Shown piece by piece: positions 30,089 through 41,085 of a stretch of DNA of 45,688 bases (position 1 is its first letter; the number at the start of each line of letters is the position of its first letter). The DNA comes from Oculatellaceae cyanobacterium bins.114. GTDB lineage: Bacteria > Cyanobacteriota > Cyanobacteriia > Elainellales > Elainellaceae. The notes below the pieces were generated by a model that ran no database searches, was not told the origin of the DNA, and saw only the letters and a list, made by a program, of their open reading frames with translations. The stretch lies in NCBI GenBank assembly GCA_033764315.1, contig JANRJA010000120.1, positions 1-45,688 on the forward strand, written 5' to 3'. The translations under genes were made by a program, and so were the position numbers.

Positions 30089-32878
30089 ATGGATCTCATC
30101 CTCTGCCATACGACTGCTGACTTTGACACGCTGGGGGCAGCGGTTGGGTTAACGCGGTTACACCCCGGAGCACGCGTAGTGCTAACTGGAGGAGCGCATC
30201 CAGCGGTGCGAGATTTTTTAGCCTTGCATCGAGATGAGTACGCTTTAATTGAGCGGCGATCGGTCAATTCAGCTGAGGTGCGATCGCTGAGGGTGGTCGA
30301 TACGCAATGGCGCGATCGCTTGGGTAAAGCCGCAGAATGGCTCGATTTACCAGAGGTTGACATTAGCCTCTATGACCATCACCTGGGTGCTGATGGCGAT
30401 ATTGTGGCCCATCATCAGGTGATCGAGGCGGTAGGTGCAATCACGACCCTGGTGGCAGAGCAACTGCAAGCCCAACAGATCACCTTAACGGTGCCCGAAG
30501 CCACAGTCATGGCACTGGGAATTCATGTGGATACCGGATCGCTGACCTATGACCACACAACGGTGCGTGATGCGGCGGCGTTGACCTGGCTGATGACCCA
30601 GGGAGCCAATTTGGGGGCGATCGCCGAGTATGTAGAACCGGGATTGTCGCCAGAGTTTCAAGATCTATTGGCGATCGCTCTAGAGCAGATGCAAACCGAG
30701 ACAGTGCAGGGCATTACCCTCGCATGGGTGTTGTTATCTACCGAAGCCTTTGTACCCGGATTATCCCATCTGGCATCCCGGTTGCTGAGTCTGACCGAGA
30801 GTGATGTTTTGTTATTAGCAAATTATTACAAGCCCACAGAGTCAGGAGATTCTCGCTTGACGGTGATTGGGCGAGTGCGCAGTGGGTTATGGGATGCCTC
30901 TCAAGATATTGACTTAAATCAACTGCTCAAACCGTGGGGCGGGGTGGGTCATCCAAAAGCAGCTGTGGTGATGTTGCGAGGCAATGACCCACAAGAGTTG
31001 TTAGGGCAGATTCTAGAGCAGATCCGCACCCAAATTCCCCATCCACCGCTGGCACGCGACATCATGTCTGCCCCAGTCCGCACGATTCGCCCAGAGACCA
31101 CGATCGCTGAGGCTCAACGAATCCTGCTGCGATATGGGCACTCTGGCTTATCTGTGGTGAATGCCCACGACCAGTTAGTAGGAATTATCTCTCGTCGAGA
31201 TATTGATATCGCCTTACATCATGGGTTTAGTCATGCACCAGTGAAAGGCTACATGACCCCTAGTTTAAGAACGATCGCCCCAGAGACGACCCTCCCTGAG
31301 ATTGAGTCGTTGATGGTCACTTATGACATTGGACGGTTGCCTGTGATCGATCGCGAGAAGCTAGTCGGCATTGTCACCCGCACCGACGTGCTGCGGCAGT
31401 TGCATCGCGAAAAGACCATTGGCGATCGCAGCAATCCTCTAATCAATCAGTCGTGGCAAGCCTCACTCTCCTCTGGGATCGGAGTCAACTCTCATCGCCT
31501 GTGCTGGTTGCCCCACGTCGTGCAAAATTTACTGCGGCAACGGTTAGTTGATCCACTCTGGCAGGTCTTAATGACAGCCGCCGAACAAGCAGAGCAGCGG
31601 GGATGGCAGCTCTATGTGGTGGGTGGGGCTGTGCGTGATTTGCTGTTGGCCGACCCACAACAACCCCTCTTGATTGATGATATAGACCTGGTCGTGGATG
31701 GGTTTCATCAAACCGCCGATGATGCCGCAGGTGTGGAGTTAGCACGAGCCTTGCAGCAGACCTACCCAGATGCCCGCTTGCAGGTGCATGGCCGATTTCA
31801 AACCGCCGCTTTGTTGTGGCATCACGATCCAGCCTTAGATTCTCTGTGGATTGACATTGCTACGGCACGCACCGAGTTCTATCCCTATCCAGCCGCGAAC
31901 CCAGAAGTCGAAGCCAGTTCGATTCACCAAGACCTCTATCGCCGAGATTTCACCATTAATGCGTTGGCGATCCGTCTTACCTCACCTCGTTCAGGGGAAT
32001 TGTTGGACTTCTTTGGTGGCTTGCCCGACCTGCAACAAAAACAGATTCGCGTCTTACATGCCAACAGTTTTATCGAAGACCCCACCCGCATTTATCGGGC
32101 CGTGCGCTTTGCAGTGCGATTGGGGTTTCAACTGGAACCCCAAACTCAGAACTATATTCACCATGCGATCGCCAGTGGCATTTATCACCGAGTGCAGGCA
32201 GAGATGGATCGCACTCCGGCCTTACAAACTCGTTTGCGGCGCGAACTGAAATACATTCTGGAAGCACCCTATTGGAAGCAAGCCCTACACTTGTTGGCTG
32301 AGTTGGGTGCATTAAAATGCTTGCATCCCAGCTTAGAGCTGACAGCCGAGTTGTGGTGGCGACTACGATTGAGCGATCGCTGGTTAAGCCGATTTGATCG
32401 TCAGGGAACGCTGCCCCACTGGCAGATGTTATTGGAAGTGTTAATCGTTCACCTTGATCCCGCTGACCGGGGCAGAGTGGCAGAAAACTTGCAACTGCCT
32501 GCTGAGAGCGTAGAGCGGTTGCGCCAATTTGCCCAAACTCAGGCGGAGGTGACAACGGAGTTATCAACACCCTGTCCTCCCAATTCAGTCCGCCCCAGCC
32601 AAGTGGTGCAACAGTTAAGTGCCTATAACTTGCCTACTCTGACTCTGCTTGGCATTCACAGCCCTCGTCCTGTGCGGCACTTAATCTGGCGTTATCTAAT
32701 TTGCTGGGCAACCGTGCAAGCCCCACTGAATGGTAACGATTTGAAGGCAATGGGCTATCAACCTGGCAAACACTTTAAAGCAATGTTAGAGCAACTGCGG
32801 GTAGCCACCTTAGATGGCGTCGTGAGCGATCGCACCAGTGCTGAAACCTTTTTAGCAAAGCATTTTCCACAAAAATAG
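30089..32878 (+). CDS. tRNA nucleotidyltransferase with DHH and CBS domains (probably A-adding type)
   Basis: HxxADFD, DHH, GIHVDTG; CBS pair; GGAVRD, DIDLVV, RRDFTINA, EDPTR; ATG 30089 chosen because the longer ORF runs through repeat DNA. Confidence 0.88.
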   Translation: MDLILCHTTADFDTLGAAVGLTRLHPGARVVLTGGAHPAVRDFLALHRDEYALIERRSVNSAEVRSLRVVDTQWRDRLGKAAEWLDLPEVDISLYDHHLGADGDIVAHHQVIEAVGAITTLVAEQLQAQQITLTVPEATVMALGIHVDTGSLTYDHTTVRDAAALTWLMTQGANLGAIAEYVEPGLSPEFQDLLAIALEQMQTETVQGITLAWVLLSTEAFVPGLSHLASRLLSLTESDVLLLANYYKPTESGDSRLTVIGRVRSGLWDASQDIDLNQLLKPWGGVGHPKAAVVMLRGNDPQELLGQILEQIRTQIPHPPLARDIMSAPVRTIRPETTIAEAQRILLRYGHSGLSVVNAHDQLVGIISRRDIDIALHHGFSHAPVKGYMTPSLRTIAPETTLPEIESLMVTYDIGRLPVIDREKLVGIVTRTDVLRQLHREKTIGDRSNPLINQSWQASLSSGIGVNSHRLCWLPHVVQNLLRQRLVDPLWQVLMTAAEQAEQRGWQLYVVGGAVRDLLLADPQQPLLIDDIDLVVDGFHQTADDAAGVELARALQQTYPDARLQVHGRFQTAALLWHHDPALDSLWIDIATARTEFYPYPAANPEVEASSIHQDLYRRDFTINALAIRLTSPRSGELLDFFGGLPDLQQKQIRVLHANSFIEDPTRIYRAVRFAVRLGFQLEPQTQNYIHHAIASGIYHRVQAEMDRTPALQTRLRRELKYILEAPYWKQALHLLAELGALKCLHPSLELTAELWWRLRLSDRWLSRFDRQGTLPHWQMLLEVLIVHLDPADRGRVAENLQLPAESVERLRQFAQTQAEVTTELSTPCPPNSVRPSQVVQQLSAYNLPTLTLLGIHSPRPVRHLIWRYLICWATVQAPLNGNDLKAMGYQPGKHFKAMLEQLRVATLDGVVSDRTSAETFLAKHFPQK

Positions 32879-32978
32879 GCAGTGGGGATCAAATGTGGGG
32901 AATGGGAGTTTGATCCCAAATTCTCCCGATTAGAAGTAGCATAAGTGGGAAGATCTGATAGTCCTCAAGACAGTTTTT

Positions 32979-34163
32979 ATGAGTTTGACGGCTGGTACCC
33001 CGTTGCAAAACGGTAAATATATAATTCAAACCGTGTTGGAGCAGAGTGACTTTGGCACAACCTATCAAGCTGCCCATGTTTTTTTAGACCAGACCGTCAT
33101 TCTGCAAACGTTAGAGAATAAACACTCCGATCCCGAAAAAGCCGCTCGGTTTGAGCAGCAATTTTTGGCTGGGGTGCGTCGCCTCAGCAAAGGGGGCTAT
33201 TCCTATGCGGGTCGAGTATTGGACTATTTTAGTGAGGAGCACAGACCCTATGTGGTGCTGGAATATATTCCAGGGCAACCTCTGCCTAAGATGTTGGACT
33301 GGCTGTTGTCGGCTCAAGCCGCACAGGGTGAGTTAAATGGGGTTCAGGATAGAGCCAGAGAGCCAGCTGAAGATGTCAACTCAGGGGCAACTGTTTCTGA
33401 TGTAGGCGTTCCAACGATCGCCCAGGTGACAACGGCCCTGCAACAACCCAATGGGGCTACAAGCAACGGCTCTACAACCAGTGGCTCTGCAAGCAATAGC
33501 TCTGTCACTAATGGAGCTTTGAGCCATAAAACGGGTCTTCCGACTCCACCCCATCCAGACCCTGCAACCGTTGTCGTTGCTCGTTCAAGCCCAGAGCGAT
33601 CGCCTGCTCAATCGCCTGCTCAAGTCATTGTCGGAGCTAAACGTAAGACAAGCCCCTGGCTACCTGCTTCGTTGTTGATGACAACCGTCATAGCAGGGTT
33701 GGCAGGTGCTGGTCTAGGGGTGACATTGCGGTTTAACCCCTCTGCTCAAAATCATCCTATTTTCAGTCATGAACAAGACTTTCCCCCATTAGAAGGGTGG
33801 CCCATTCAAGAAACCACAATCGACCAATCCTCTACATTTGACAGAGAGCGTCCCACCTATCGGCTAGACGAGTCTCCACTAGACGATCGCTACATTACCC
33901 CAGAGGTCGCCCCCATTGATCCGGTGGATCCAGAAAAAGTGACGCTACCCGACGCAGATTCTATTCCCAAAACCCCCACCGAGTTTGAAGGTGGTGATCC
34001 ACTGGCTCCAGAAGCACTGCCATTGCCCGATCCCGCTGCAGATTCGTCGTTACCCCCGACGGAGCCAGAGAGTGTCCCCCCTAGCAATTTAGGACAAGAG
34101 CCCACTCCTCTGCCTGACGTTGAGATTCCCCCTGGTGTTATTGATCCGGCGACTCAGCCTTAG
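32979..34163 (+). CDS. Membrane protein with a degenerate Ser/Thr kinase N-lobe, low-complexity linker, TM helix and Pro/acidic tail
   Basis: GTPLQNGKYII...FGTTYQA...LDYFSEEHRPYVVLEYIPGQPL resembles Hanks kinase subdomains I-V; no HRD or DFG. Confidence 0.75.
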   Translation: MSLTAGTPLQNGKYIIQTVLEQSDFGTTYQAAHVFLDQTVILQTLENKHSDPEKAARFEQQFLAGVRRLSKGGYSYAGRVLDYFSEEHRPYVVLEYIPGQPLPKMLDWLLSAQAAQGELNGVQDRAREPAEDVNSGATVSDVGVPTIAQVTTALQQPNGATSNGSTTSGSASNSSVTNGALSHKTGLPTPPHPDPATVVVARSSPERSPAQSPAQVIVGAKRKTSPWLPASLLMTTVIAGLAGAGLGVTLRFNPSAQNHPIFSHEQDFPPLEGWPIQETTIDQSSTFDRERPTYRLDESPLDDRYITPEVAPIDPVDPEKVTLPDADSIPKTPTEFEGGDPLAPEALPLPDPAADSSLPPTEPESVPPSNLGQEPTPLPDVEIPPGVIDPATQP

Positions 34164-34268
34164 AGTTCAGGAAGACAAGGGAGTGCAGGTGGGTGAATGG
34201 GTAGATGCAATGACGCGATGATTTAGAAGAGGCGATCCAAAAAACCATAGAAATCACGGCTTAACCTT

Positions 34269-34282
34269 GATACATTGGTACT
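34269..34282. promoter_or_regulatory. Candidate LexA box upstream of dnaE (one mismatch)
   Basis: GATACATTGGTACT; reverse complement AGTACCAATGTATC vs RGTACNNNDGTWCB. Confidence 0.4.
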
Positions 34283-34436
34283 AGCCAGATTTTAGGGTTA
34301 AGGGATCTTCCCTGACTCATTTTTTCCTATAAGATGCGATGCCCTGCCATTCATCACACTATCCCTAGAGTCTTTACTTTTAAAAACCTGCTAGATGTAG
34401 TAATCTGGACTCAATCCTTCACCTTGGTTGAGAAAA

Positions 34437-37400
34437 ATGTCGTTTGTTGGTCTACACATTCACAGCGACTATAGTCTTTTAGACGGTGCCAGTCAGTTGC
34501 CGGACTTAATTGATCGGGCAGTAGAACTGGGAATGCCTGCGATCGCCCTGACGGATCATGGGGTGATGTATGGTGCTGTCGAATTGTTGAAGGTCTGCAA
34601 AAACAAAGGCGGCATCAAGCCCATCATCGGCAATGAGATGTATGTCATCAACGGCGACATCACCAAGCAAGAACGCCGCCCCCGCTATCACCAGGTGGTG
34701 TTGGCGAAGAACAACCGAGGCTATAAAAACCTGGTTAAGCTCACCACCCTCTCGCAACTTAAAGGGGTGCAGGGCAAAGGTATTTTCTCTCGTCCCTGTA
34801 TTAATAAAGAACTGCTGGAGCAATATCGGGAAGGGCTGATTGTCACCAGTGCTTGTCTAGGCGGCGAGGTGCCCCAGGCCATTTTGCAAAACCGCCCCGA
34901 CGTGGCTCGACGGGTGGCGCAGTGGTATAAAGACCTGTTTGGCGACGATTATTACCTGGAGATTCAAGATCACGGTTCCCAAGAAGACCGGATTGTGAAT
35001 GTCGAGATTGTCAAAATTGCTCGTGAACTTGACATCAAAATCATCGCCACCAACGATTCTCATTACATTTCCTGTTTTGATGTCGAAGCCCACGATGCGC
35101 TGCTCTGCATTCAAACTGGGAAGCTGATCACCGAAGAAAAACGGCTGCGCTACAGCGGCACTGAATACCTCAAATCCGCCGATGAGATGCGACGGCTGTT
35201 TCGTGATCACCTGACCGATGATGTGATTGAAGAGGCGATCGCCACTACCCTCGAAGTGGCTGATAAGATCGAAGACTACAACATTCTCGGCTCTCCCCAA
35301 TTGCCCAACTACCCAGTGCCCCCCGGTTACACCGGAGAGACCTATCTGCAAGAGGTCACATATCAGGGGATCATAGAGCGGCTCAACGTTCAGAGCCTCG
35401 ATCAGGTGCCAGCGACCTACCGAGAAAGGTTAGACTACGAACTCCAAATGATGCAAAAGATGGGGTTCTCAACCTACTTCCTGGTCGTCTGGGACTACAT
35501 TAAGTTCGCCCGCGACAACAACATTCCGGTGGGGCCAGGACGAGGATCAGCCGCCGGATCACTGGTAGCCTATGCCCTCCGCATTACCAATATTGACCCG
35601 GTGCATCATGGCTTGCTGTTTGAGCGATTCCTCAACCCCGAACGGAAGTCAATGCCAGACATTGACACCGACTTTTGCATCGATCGCCGCGATGAGGTGA
35701 TCCAATATGTCACCGAAAAATACGGCACCGAACGGGTCGCGCAGATTATTACCTTTAACCGCATGACCTCCAAGGCGGTGCTCAAGGATGTGGCGCGGGT
35801 GCTCGACATTCCCTATGGGGACGCCGATCGCATGGCAAAGCTGATCCCCGTTGTGCGAGGTAAGCCGACCAAGCTCAAGGTCATGATCTCGGACGAGTCT
35901 CCGGCTCCAGAGTTCAAAGAAAAGTATGAGAATGACCTCAAGGTGCGCCATTGGGTAGACATGGCGATGCGCATTGAGGGCACCAACAAGACCTATGGAG
36001 TGCATGCTGCCGGGGTAGTGATTTCCTCCGATCCCCTCGATGAAACCGTGCCGTTGCAATACAACGATAAAGGAGCCGTCATCACCCAATACTTCATGGA
36101 AGACATTGAGGCGATGGGACTCCTCAAAATGGACTTCTTGGGGTTAAAGAACCTGACGATGATCCAAAAAACGGTAGAGCTGATTGAGCAAACTCACAAG
36201 ATTCACGTTGATCTAGATGGGCTGTCGATGAACGACCCCAACAGCTATGACCTGTTGGCAAAGGGTTGGCTCGAAGGCATCTTTCAGTTAGAGTCCTCCG
36301 GGATGCGGCAGATCGTTCGTGACCTTAAGCCCTCTGGGTTAGAAGACATCTCCTCGGTCTTAGCCCTCTATCGACCCGGACCATTGGATGCAGGATTGAT
36401 CCCCAAGTTCATCAACCGCAAGCACGGACGTGAAAAGATCGATTATCCTGACCCGATCCTTGAACCGATCCTCAATGAAACCTACGGGATCATGGTCTAC
36501 CAAGAACAGATCATGAAAATCGCTCAAGATATGGGGGGCTATTCTCTGGGTCAAGCGGACTTGCTGCGACGAGCAATGGGGAAAAAGAAACCTGCCGAGA
36601 TGCAGAAGCATCGCGAGATTTTTGTCAGTGGAGCCGAGAAAAACGGGATTAAATCTAAGGTTGCCGAAGATCTGTTTGACCAGATGGTGCTGTTTGCCGA
36701 GTATTGCTTCAACAAGTCACACTCCACTGCCTATGGCTATGTGACCTATCAAACCGCCTATCTCAAAGCCAACTTTCCAGTTGAATATATGGCGGCGTTG
36801 TTGACCACCAACAGCGACGACCAAGACAAGGTGCAGAAGTATATCGCCACCTGCATCACCATGGGCATCCAGGTAGAGCCTCCCGATATCAATCGCTCTG
36901 GAGTGGACTTTACCCCGCTGGAAAAAAGTATCTTGTTTGGACTGTCTGCGGTGCGAAATGTGGGGCAAGGGGCGATCGAAAACTTACTCCTGGCTCGTGA
37001 AGAAGGGAACTTTACCTCTCTACCGGATGTGTGTAGTCGGGTTGACCCCCGTGCCGTTAACCGCCGAGCGATGGAGGCGTTGATCCAGTGTGGGGCAATG
37101 GATTGCCTCAACCCCAACCGCAATCAGTTGATGCATGACCTGGAGTTTGTGCTGGACTGGGCACAGTCGCGGGCCAGAGACAAGGCCAGCGGGCAGGGCA
37201 ACTTGTTTGACCTCTTTGGCAGCACCCCCAAGAGCAACGAGGCAGCTCCTTCGGTGTTTGACACAGCCCCCAAAGCACCCCCCGTCGATGACTTCCCATC
37301 TCAAGAAAAGCTCAAACTCGAAAAAGAACTGTTGGGCTTTTATATCTCGGATCATCCCCTTAAGTCGGTGCAGGATGCCGCTCGGATTCTTGCCCCGATT

Positions 37401-37940
37401 AACCTCAGCGATTTAGCCGAGCAAGCCGAAAATGTCACGCTAAGTGCGATCGTGATGTTGAGTAGCGTCAAACCTGTCACGACTAAGAAGGGCGATCGCA
37501 TGGCCATCATTCAAATCGAAGATCTGACCGGACAAGCCGAGGCAGTTGTCTTCCCTAAATCGTTTGAGCGAATTGGAGCCATGATTCAACCCGATGCCCG
37601 ACTCATGGTATGGGGCAAGGTCGATCGGCGCGACGATCGCTCCCAATTCATCGTCGAAGACGCGGAACCGATCGAAGATATTCAACTGGTGATGGTAGAA
37701 CTGGAACCCCAGATCGCCAGCGATATCACCTATCAACACCAACTCCGCACGGTGTTATTAGAAAACCGGGGCGATGAAGACAAGTGTAAAGTGCCCGTTG
37801 TTGCTGTCATCTCCAATCAGCGTCGGCGCGAGATCGTCCGACTGGGGGCACAGTTCCGCGTGCAAGATCATCATGCGGCGGTGAGTGCCCTGCAACGGGC
37901 AGGATTCTCGGCTCGTGCTGCCACCCTCGTCGGCGCGTGA
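34437..37940 (+). CDS. dnaE: DNA polymerase III alpha subunit, contiguous and intein-free
   Basis: PHP domain ([16 protein letters not shown]), [31 protein letters not shown] fold (EDLTG); single ORF. Confidence 0.97.
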   Translation: MSFVGLHIHSDYSLLDGASQLPDLIDRAVELGMPAIALTDHGVMYGAVELLKVCKNKGGIKPIIGNEMYVINGDITKQERRPRYHQVVLAKNNRGYKNLVKLTTLSQLKGVQGKGIFSRPCINKELLEQYREGLIVTSACLGGEVPQAILQNRPDVARRVAQWYKDLFGDDYYLEIQDHGSQEDRIVNVEIVKIARELDIKIIATNDSHYISCFDVEAHDALLCIQTGKLITEEKRLRYSGTEYLKSADEMRRLFRDHLTDDVIEEAIATTLEVADKIEDYNILGSPQLPNYPVPPGYTGETYLQEVTYQGIIERLNVQSLDQVPATYRERLDYELQMMQKMGFSTYFLVVWDYIKFARDNNIPVGPGRGSAAGSLVAYALRITNIDPVHHGLLFERFLNPERKSMPDIDTDFCIDRRDEVIQYVTEKYGTERVAQIITFNRMTSKAVLKDVARVLDIPYGDADRMAKLIPVVRGKPTKLKVMISDESPAPEFKEKYENDLKVRHWVDMAMRIEGTNKTYGVHAAGVVISSDPLDETVPLQYNDKGAVITQYFMEDIEAMGLLKMDFLGLKNLTMIQKTVELIEQTHKIHVDLDGLSMNDPNSYDLLAKGWLEGIFQLESSGMRQIVRDLKPSGLEDISSVLALYRPGPLDAGLIPKFINRKHGREKIDYPDPILEPILNETYGIMVYQEQIMKIAQDMGGYSLGQADLLRRAMGKKKPAEMQKHREIFVSGAEKNGIKSKVAEDLFDQMVLFAEYCFNKSHSTAYGYVTYQTAYLKANFPVEYMAALLTTNSDDQDKVQKYIATCITMGIQVEPPDINRSGVDFTPLEKSILFGLSAVRNVGQGAIENLLLAREEGNFTSLPDVCSRVDPRAVNRRAMEALIQCGAMDCLNPNRNQLMHDLEFVLDWAQSRARDKASGQGNLFDLFGSTPKSNEAAPSVFDTAPKAPPVDDFPSQEKLKLEKELLGFYISDHPLKSVQDAARILAPINLSDLAEQAENVTLSAIVMLSSVKPVTTKKGDRMAIIQIEDLTGQAEAVVFPKSFERIGAMIQPDARLMVWGKVDRRDDRSQFIVEDAEPIEDIQLVMVELEPQIASDITYQHQLRTVLLENRGDEDKCKVPVVAVISNQRRREIVRLGAQFRVQDHHAAVSALQRAGFSARAATLVGA

Positions 37941-37948
37941 GGCACACT

Positions 37949-38107
37949 CGATCCCCGACTGCTAGTCGGTGTGCTCCAGAGACTTTTACTCTTTCAACAG
38001 CAGCCGGGGATCTGAGGGAACTTAAGAAAACTAGATCCCCGGCTGCTTTCCTCCCACCATCCACACTCTTAACTGACTGACAAGAAGCCGGGGATCTGAG
38101 GGAACTT
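37949..38107. repeat. Cluster of GATCCCCGG REP-like units in alternating orientation
   Basis: 22-bp direct repeat AGCCGGGGATCTGAGGGAACTT at 38002-38023 and 38086-38107; inverted AGATCCCCGGCTGCT at about 38033-38047. Confidence 0.75.
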
Positions 38108-38108
38108 G

Positions 38109-38678
38109 TTATTCACCCTTCTTCACCAACGCCAACGCATGCCACAGACTCAACACATCATGCCTCCAAGTAGGCAACACCAGCGTCATGATCATCTCCT
38201 CCACACTATTGACAATCCCTAACCCGATCGCCAACCACAAAAACGCCCCTTCCCCAAACCCAAACAGGGCGATCACCGCCACACACAACCCCAAGCCCCA
38301 CGCTTTGGCAGTATAGGTGTGATAACTGGGGGTCTTCCCATATTTCACCAGACACATCGCAAACAAGATCACTTGTGCTGCCAGCAAAGCCATCAAAGGC
38401 AGTCGAAACGCGATCGCCACCCCTGGATAAACCAACCAGGCACTTATCGCCACACAAGTATACAGAGAAACATCTGCCCAACCATCGGCCTGACGGAGTT
38501 GAGGGGTGCTTACCCTTAACCGACGAGCAATCATGCCGTCAAAGATGTCAGACAAAACGGCGATTACATAGCCCGCGATAAACCAACCCGTTATCTGGCG
38601 ATTGAGCGCATCTAATAAAAGCAGAGGGGCGATCGCAAACCGCAAAATTACTAACCCAATGGGAATAAAGCGAGTCAT
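38109..38678 (-). CDS. CDP-alcohol phosphatidyltransferase family protein
   Basis: SDIFDGMIARR...ADGWAD motif; multiple TM helices. Confidence 0.88.
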   Translation of the reverse strand: MTRFIPIGLVILRFAIAPLLLLDALNRQITGWFIAGYVIAVLSDIFDGMIARRLRVSTPQLRQADGWADVSLYTCVAISAWLVYPGVAIAFRLPLMALLAAQVILFAMCLVKYGKTPSYHTYTAKAWGLGLCVAVIALFGFGEGAFLWLAIGLGIVNSVEEMIMTLVLPTWRHDVLSLWHALALVKKGE

Positions 38679-38736
38679 TCAGCGAAAATCTTAAGGTCTA
38701 TTACAATTATTAAAGTTAGGTTTAGCGGAGCTATCC

Positions 38737-39123
38737 ATGTTTAGCGATTTCCTTCCCTTTGTCATCCACATCGATGCCACAACTCTAGCAGGAATCGCCC
38801 TCTGGTCTTTGGCTCTCTATCTAGGCTTCTTTCCCATCAGTGAGTGGGTTATGGAGCAACTCAATCGTTGGTTTAATTTTGCAGAGCGGTTTCTCTACAC
38901 CTCAACCGAAGAATTTGAACGCACCCGCCCCGCACGAGAATCACAAAACGCTTTTTATGCTTCGTTACTCAGTGTCGTGCCCTTTCTATTGGTGGGATGG
39001 GTCTGCTACTACGGCATTGACGTCAGCTTAGGGAGCAGTTGGTCAATTAGCCTGGGCATTCTCACTACGATTGGGGCAGGCGTTTATGAACTCGGTCGTC
39101 GGGATGGTCAGGCATCAGAGTAG
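38737..39123 (+). CDS. Conserved hypothetical membrane protein
   Basis: GGAG RBS, three hydrophobic segments, ARESQNAFYAS and YELGR motifs. Confidence 0.75.
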   Translation: MFSDFLPFVIHIDATTLAGIALWSLALYLGFFPISEWVMEQLNRWFNFAERFLYTSTEEFERTRPARESQNAFYASLLSVVPFLLVGWVCYYGIDVSLGSSWSISLGILTTIGAGVYELGRRDGQASE

Positions 39124-39163
39124 GATAAGAGGAATCAAACGAATCGAGTAACAGGAGACCCCC

Positions 39164-39343
39164 ATGTTTGGTTTAGGTTGGCCCGAAGTCAGCATCATTG
39201 TGATTGTGGCGTTGATTATTTTCGGACCTAAAAAAATTCCGGAACTGGGTAGTGCCCTTGGCAAAACGCTACGAGGTTTCAAGGAGGAAATGAGCAACTC
39301 CTCAGATGATGCAGACGAGCAGGATGTAGACCATCACAGTTGA
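39164..39343 (+). CDS. tatA: Twin-arginine translocase subunit TatA/E (59 aa, absent from the ORF track)
   Basis: Hand translation MFGLGWPEVSIIVIVALIIFGPKKIPELGSALGKTLRGFKEE...; AGGAG RBS. Confidence 0.95.
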   Translation: MFGLGWPEVSIIVIVALIIFGPKKIPELGSALGKTLRGFKEEMSNSSDDADEQDVDHHS

Positions 39344-39383
39344 TTTAGAAATCAGGAACAATTCAATTAAAACCTGTTGAAAG

Positions 39384-39403
39384 AGACGCGATTAATCGCG
39401 TCT
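39384..39403. repeat. REP-like 20-bp palindrome
   Basis: AGACGCGATTAATCGCGTCT, identical to 30040-30059. Confidence 0.75.
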
Positions 39404-39582
39404 GTCTGATTGGGGACCCTGTTCTAACTCAGGCGATAGCCATAAAAACCAAAAGTCTTCCGCAATTGGCTAAACGTTGAAGGTTAAACTGCAAGACTCG
39501 TGAGGTATTACAGTTTAAAGTCCAAAGTCCGTAGTCAATCACCGGAAGACTTCGTTTTAATCAACAAGTTTGTCTGAAAAGA

Positions 39583-39786
39583 TTAAAGTAAGCCAGTATT
39601 GGTGCCGGGTTTGCCCGTGGCCAACTCAACTTTGATAATCTTGCCACCCATTTTCATAATTCGCTGCTGTTCCCGAAACCAGTTGTCATAGGCAACAAGC
39701 TTTGTAAAATAGGTGTTTTGCAATTCCCGCTGAGTCCGAATCCGAGTTTGGCTGGGAACGCAAGCCGTAACCTTGAAAAATCTCAT
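39583..39786 (-). CDS. apcC: Phycobilisome 7.8-kDa core linker
   Basis: FKVTACVPSQTRIRTQRELQNTYFTKLV. Confidence 0.98.
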   Translation of the reverse strand: MRFFKVTACVPSQTRIRTQRELQNTYFTKLVAYDNWFREQQRIMKMGGKIIKVELATGKPGTNTGLL

Positions 39787-40050
39787 GGGTTCACTGCTCC
39801 TAACTAGACTAGAAAATAGGTGAATCTAAAGAACTCACAAATGAATTTCTGATCGATAGATTCGGCTTTATGACTCAAAGGCTGGGAGTCGAGAATCAAT
39901 CTTAGACAATCAAAACTAGTCAATCTAGCCTTCGATTTCCTAAAACTCATCCCCAACTACCCAGACCTCAAATACAGTTTTTAGTGATCAGATTTTAAGC
40001 TTCAGTTGGTTAAAACTCACGGCTCAAAACTCACCACTTCAACCTGCTGA

Positions 40051-40539
40051 CTAGCTCAAGCCAGAGCTGATGTAGTCTAGATAAACACCCATTTCTTTAC
40101 CTGCATCTGCACCAACCAAGCTAGCGGTCACTTCTTTGATAGCTTGAATAGCTTGCACAGTTGCAGCAATGGGTACACCCAAGGAGTTGTAGGTTTCTTT
40201 CAAACCGTTGAGCACGCGCTCATCGAGGATGGAAGGATCACCTGCCAACATGGCGTAGGTAGCATAGCGGAGGTAGTAGTCGAGGTCGCGGATGCAAGCA
40301 GCATAGCGACGGGTGGTGTACATGTTTCCACCAGGACGAGTGATGTCAGAGTAAAGCAAAGACTTAGCAACTGCTTCTTTAACGATTGCCGATGCATTAG
40401 CACTGATTGTGCCAGCAGCGCGCACTCGCAACTCACCTGTTTGGAAGTAAGCCTTGAGCTTTTCTAAAGCAGCAGTGTCTAAATATTTGCCTTGAACGTC
40501 GGCGGAATTAATAACAGAAGTAATTGCGTCTTGTGCCAT
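40051..40539 (-). CDS. apcB: Allophycocyanin beta subunit
   Basis: [35 protein letters not shown]. Confidence 0.99.
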   Translation of the reverse strand: MAQDAITSVINSADVQGKYLDTAALEKLKAYFQTGELRVRAAGTISANASAIVKEAVAKSLLYSDITRPGGNMYTTRRYAACIRDLDYYLRYATYAMLAGDPSILDERVLNGLKETYNSLGVPIAATVQAIQAIKEVTASLVGADAGKEMGVYLDYISSGLS

Positions 40540-40599
40540 GATTTTGGTTCCCTTAAATCAAATCGTTATGCATTGGAAAGATGAAGAGACGAGAGTGCT

Positions 40600-41085
40600 C
40601 TACTGCAACGCACCGATGACGTAGTCAAAGTAGGAGCCTGCTTCAGCAGCATCTTCACCCGATAGCAAGGATGCAGCTACGCTCTTCAGGGCACGAACAC
40701 CTTCTCCAACAGCTGCGATGGGAGTCCCCAAAGAGCCGTACATTTCACGAACACCGACGATGCCGATTTCTTCGATAGGAGTGACGTCGCCTGCAACTAC
40801 TCCATAGGTGACGAGACGCAAGTAGTAGTCTAGGTCACGCAAACAAGTTGCGGTCATTTCTTCGCCATAGGCGTTTCCACCAGGAGAGACAACGTCAGGA
40901 CGCTTCTGGAACAATTGATCTCCAGCTTGCTTGACAATGCGCTCACGAGAATCACTCAAAACTTGAGCAATCCGTAGGCGACGCTCACCAGAGGTGACAA
41001 AGCTCTTAATCCGATCTAATTCGCCAGGGCTGAGATAGCGAGCCTCAGCGTCGGCATTCACGATTGATTTCGTGACAATACTCAT
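40600..41085 (-). CDS. apcA: Allophycocyanin alpha subunit
   Basis: [35 protein letters not shown]. Confidence 0.99.
   Translation of the reverse strand: MSIVTKSIVNADAEARYLSPGELDRIKSFVTSGERRLRIAQVLSDSRERIVKQAGDQLFQKRPDVVSPGGNAYGEEMTATCLRDLDYYLRLVTYGVVAGDVTPIEEIGIVGVREMYGSLGTPIAAVGEGVRALKSVAASLLSGEDAAEAGSYFDYVIGALQ

Noticed and set aside
33599-33622. 12-bp tandem duplication ATCGCCTGCTCA x2 starting in a HIP1 site
   Set aside because: Simple in-frame slippage in a low-complexity linker; it lacks the hairpin/CTGCTTCGCA core of the micro-element
34506-38064. Many antisense ORFs over dnaE suggesting overlapping genes or foreign origin
   Set aside because: Expected from codon bias; I could not compute GC or codon statistics, so no horizontal-transfer claim is made from this
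38002-38107. 22-bp exact direct repeat with a 62-bp spacer as a mini CRISPR array
   Set aside because: Only two units, an inverted copy lies inside the spacer, it belongs to the REP-like GATCCCCGG family, and no cas genes are present
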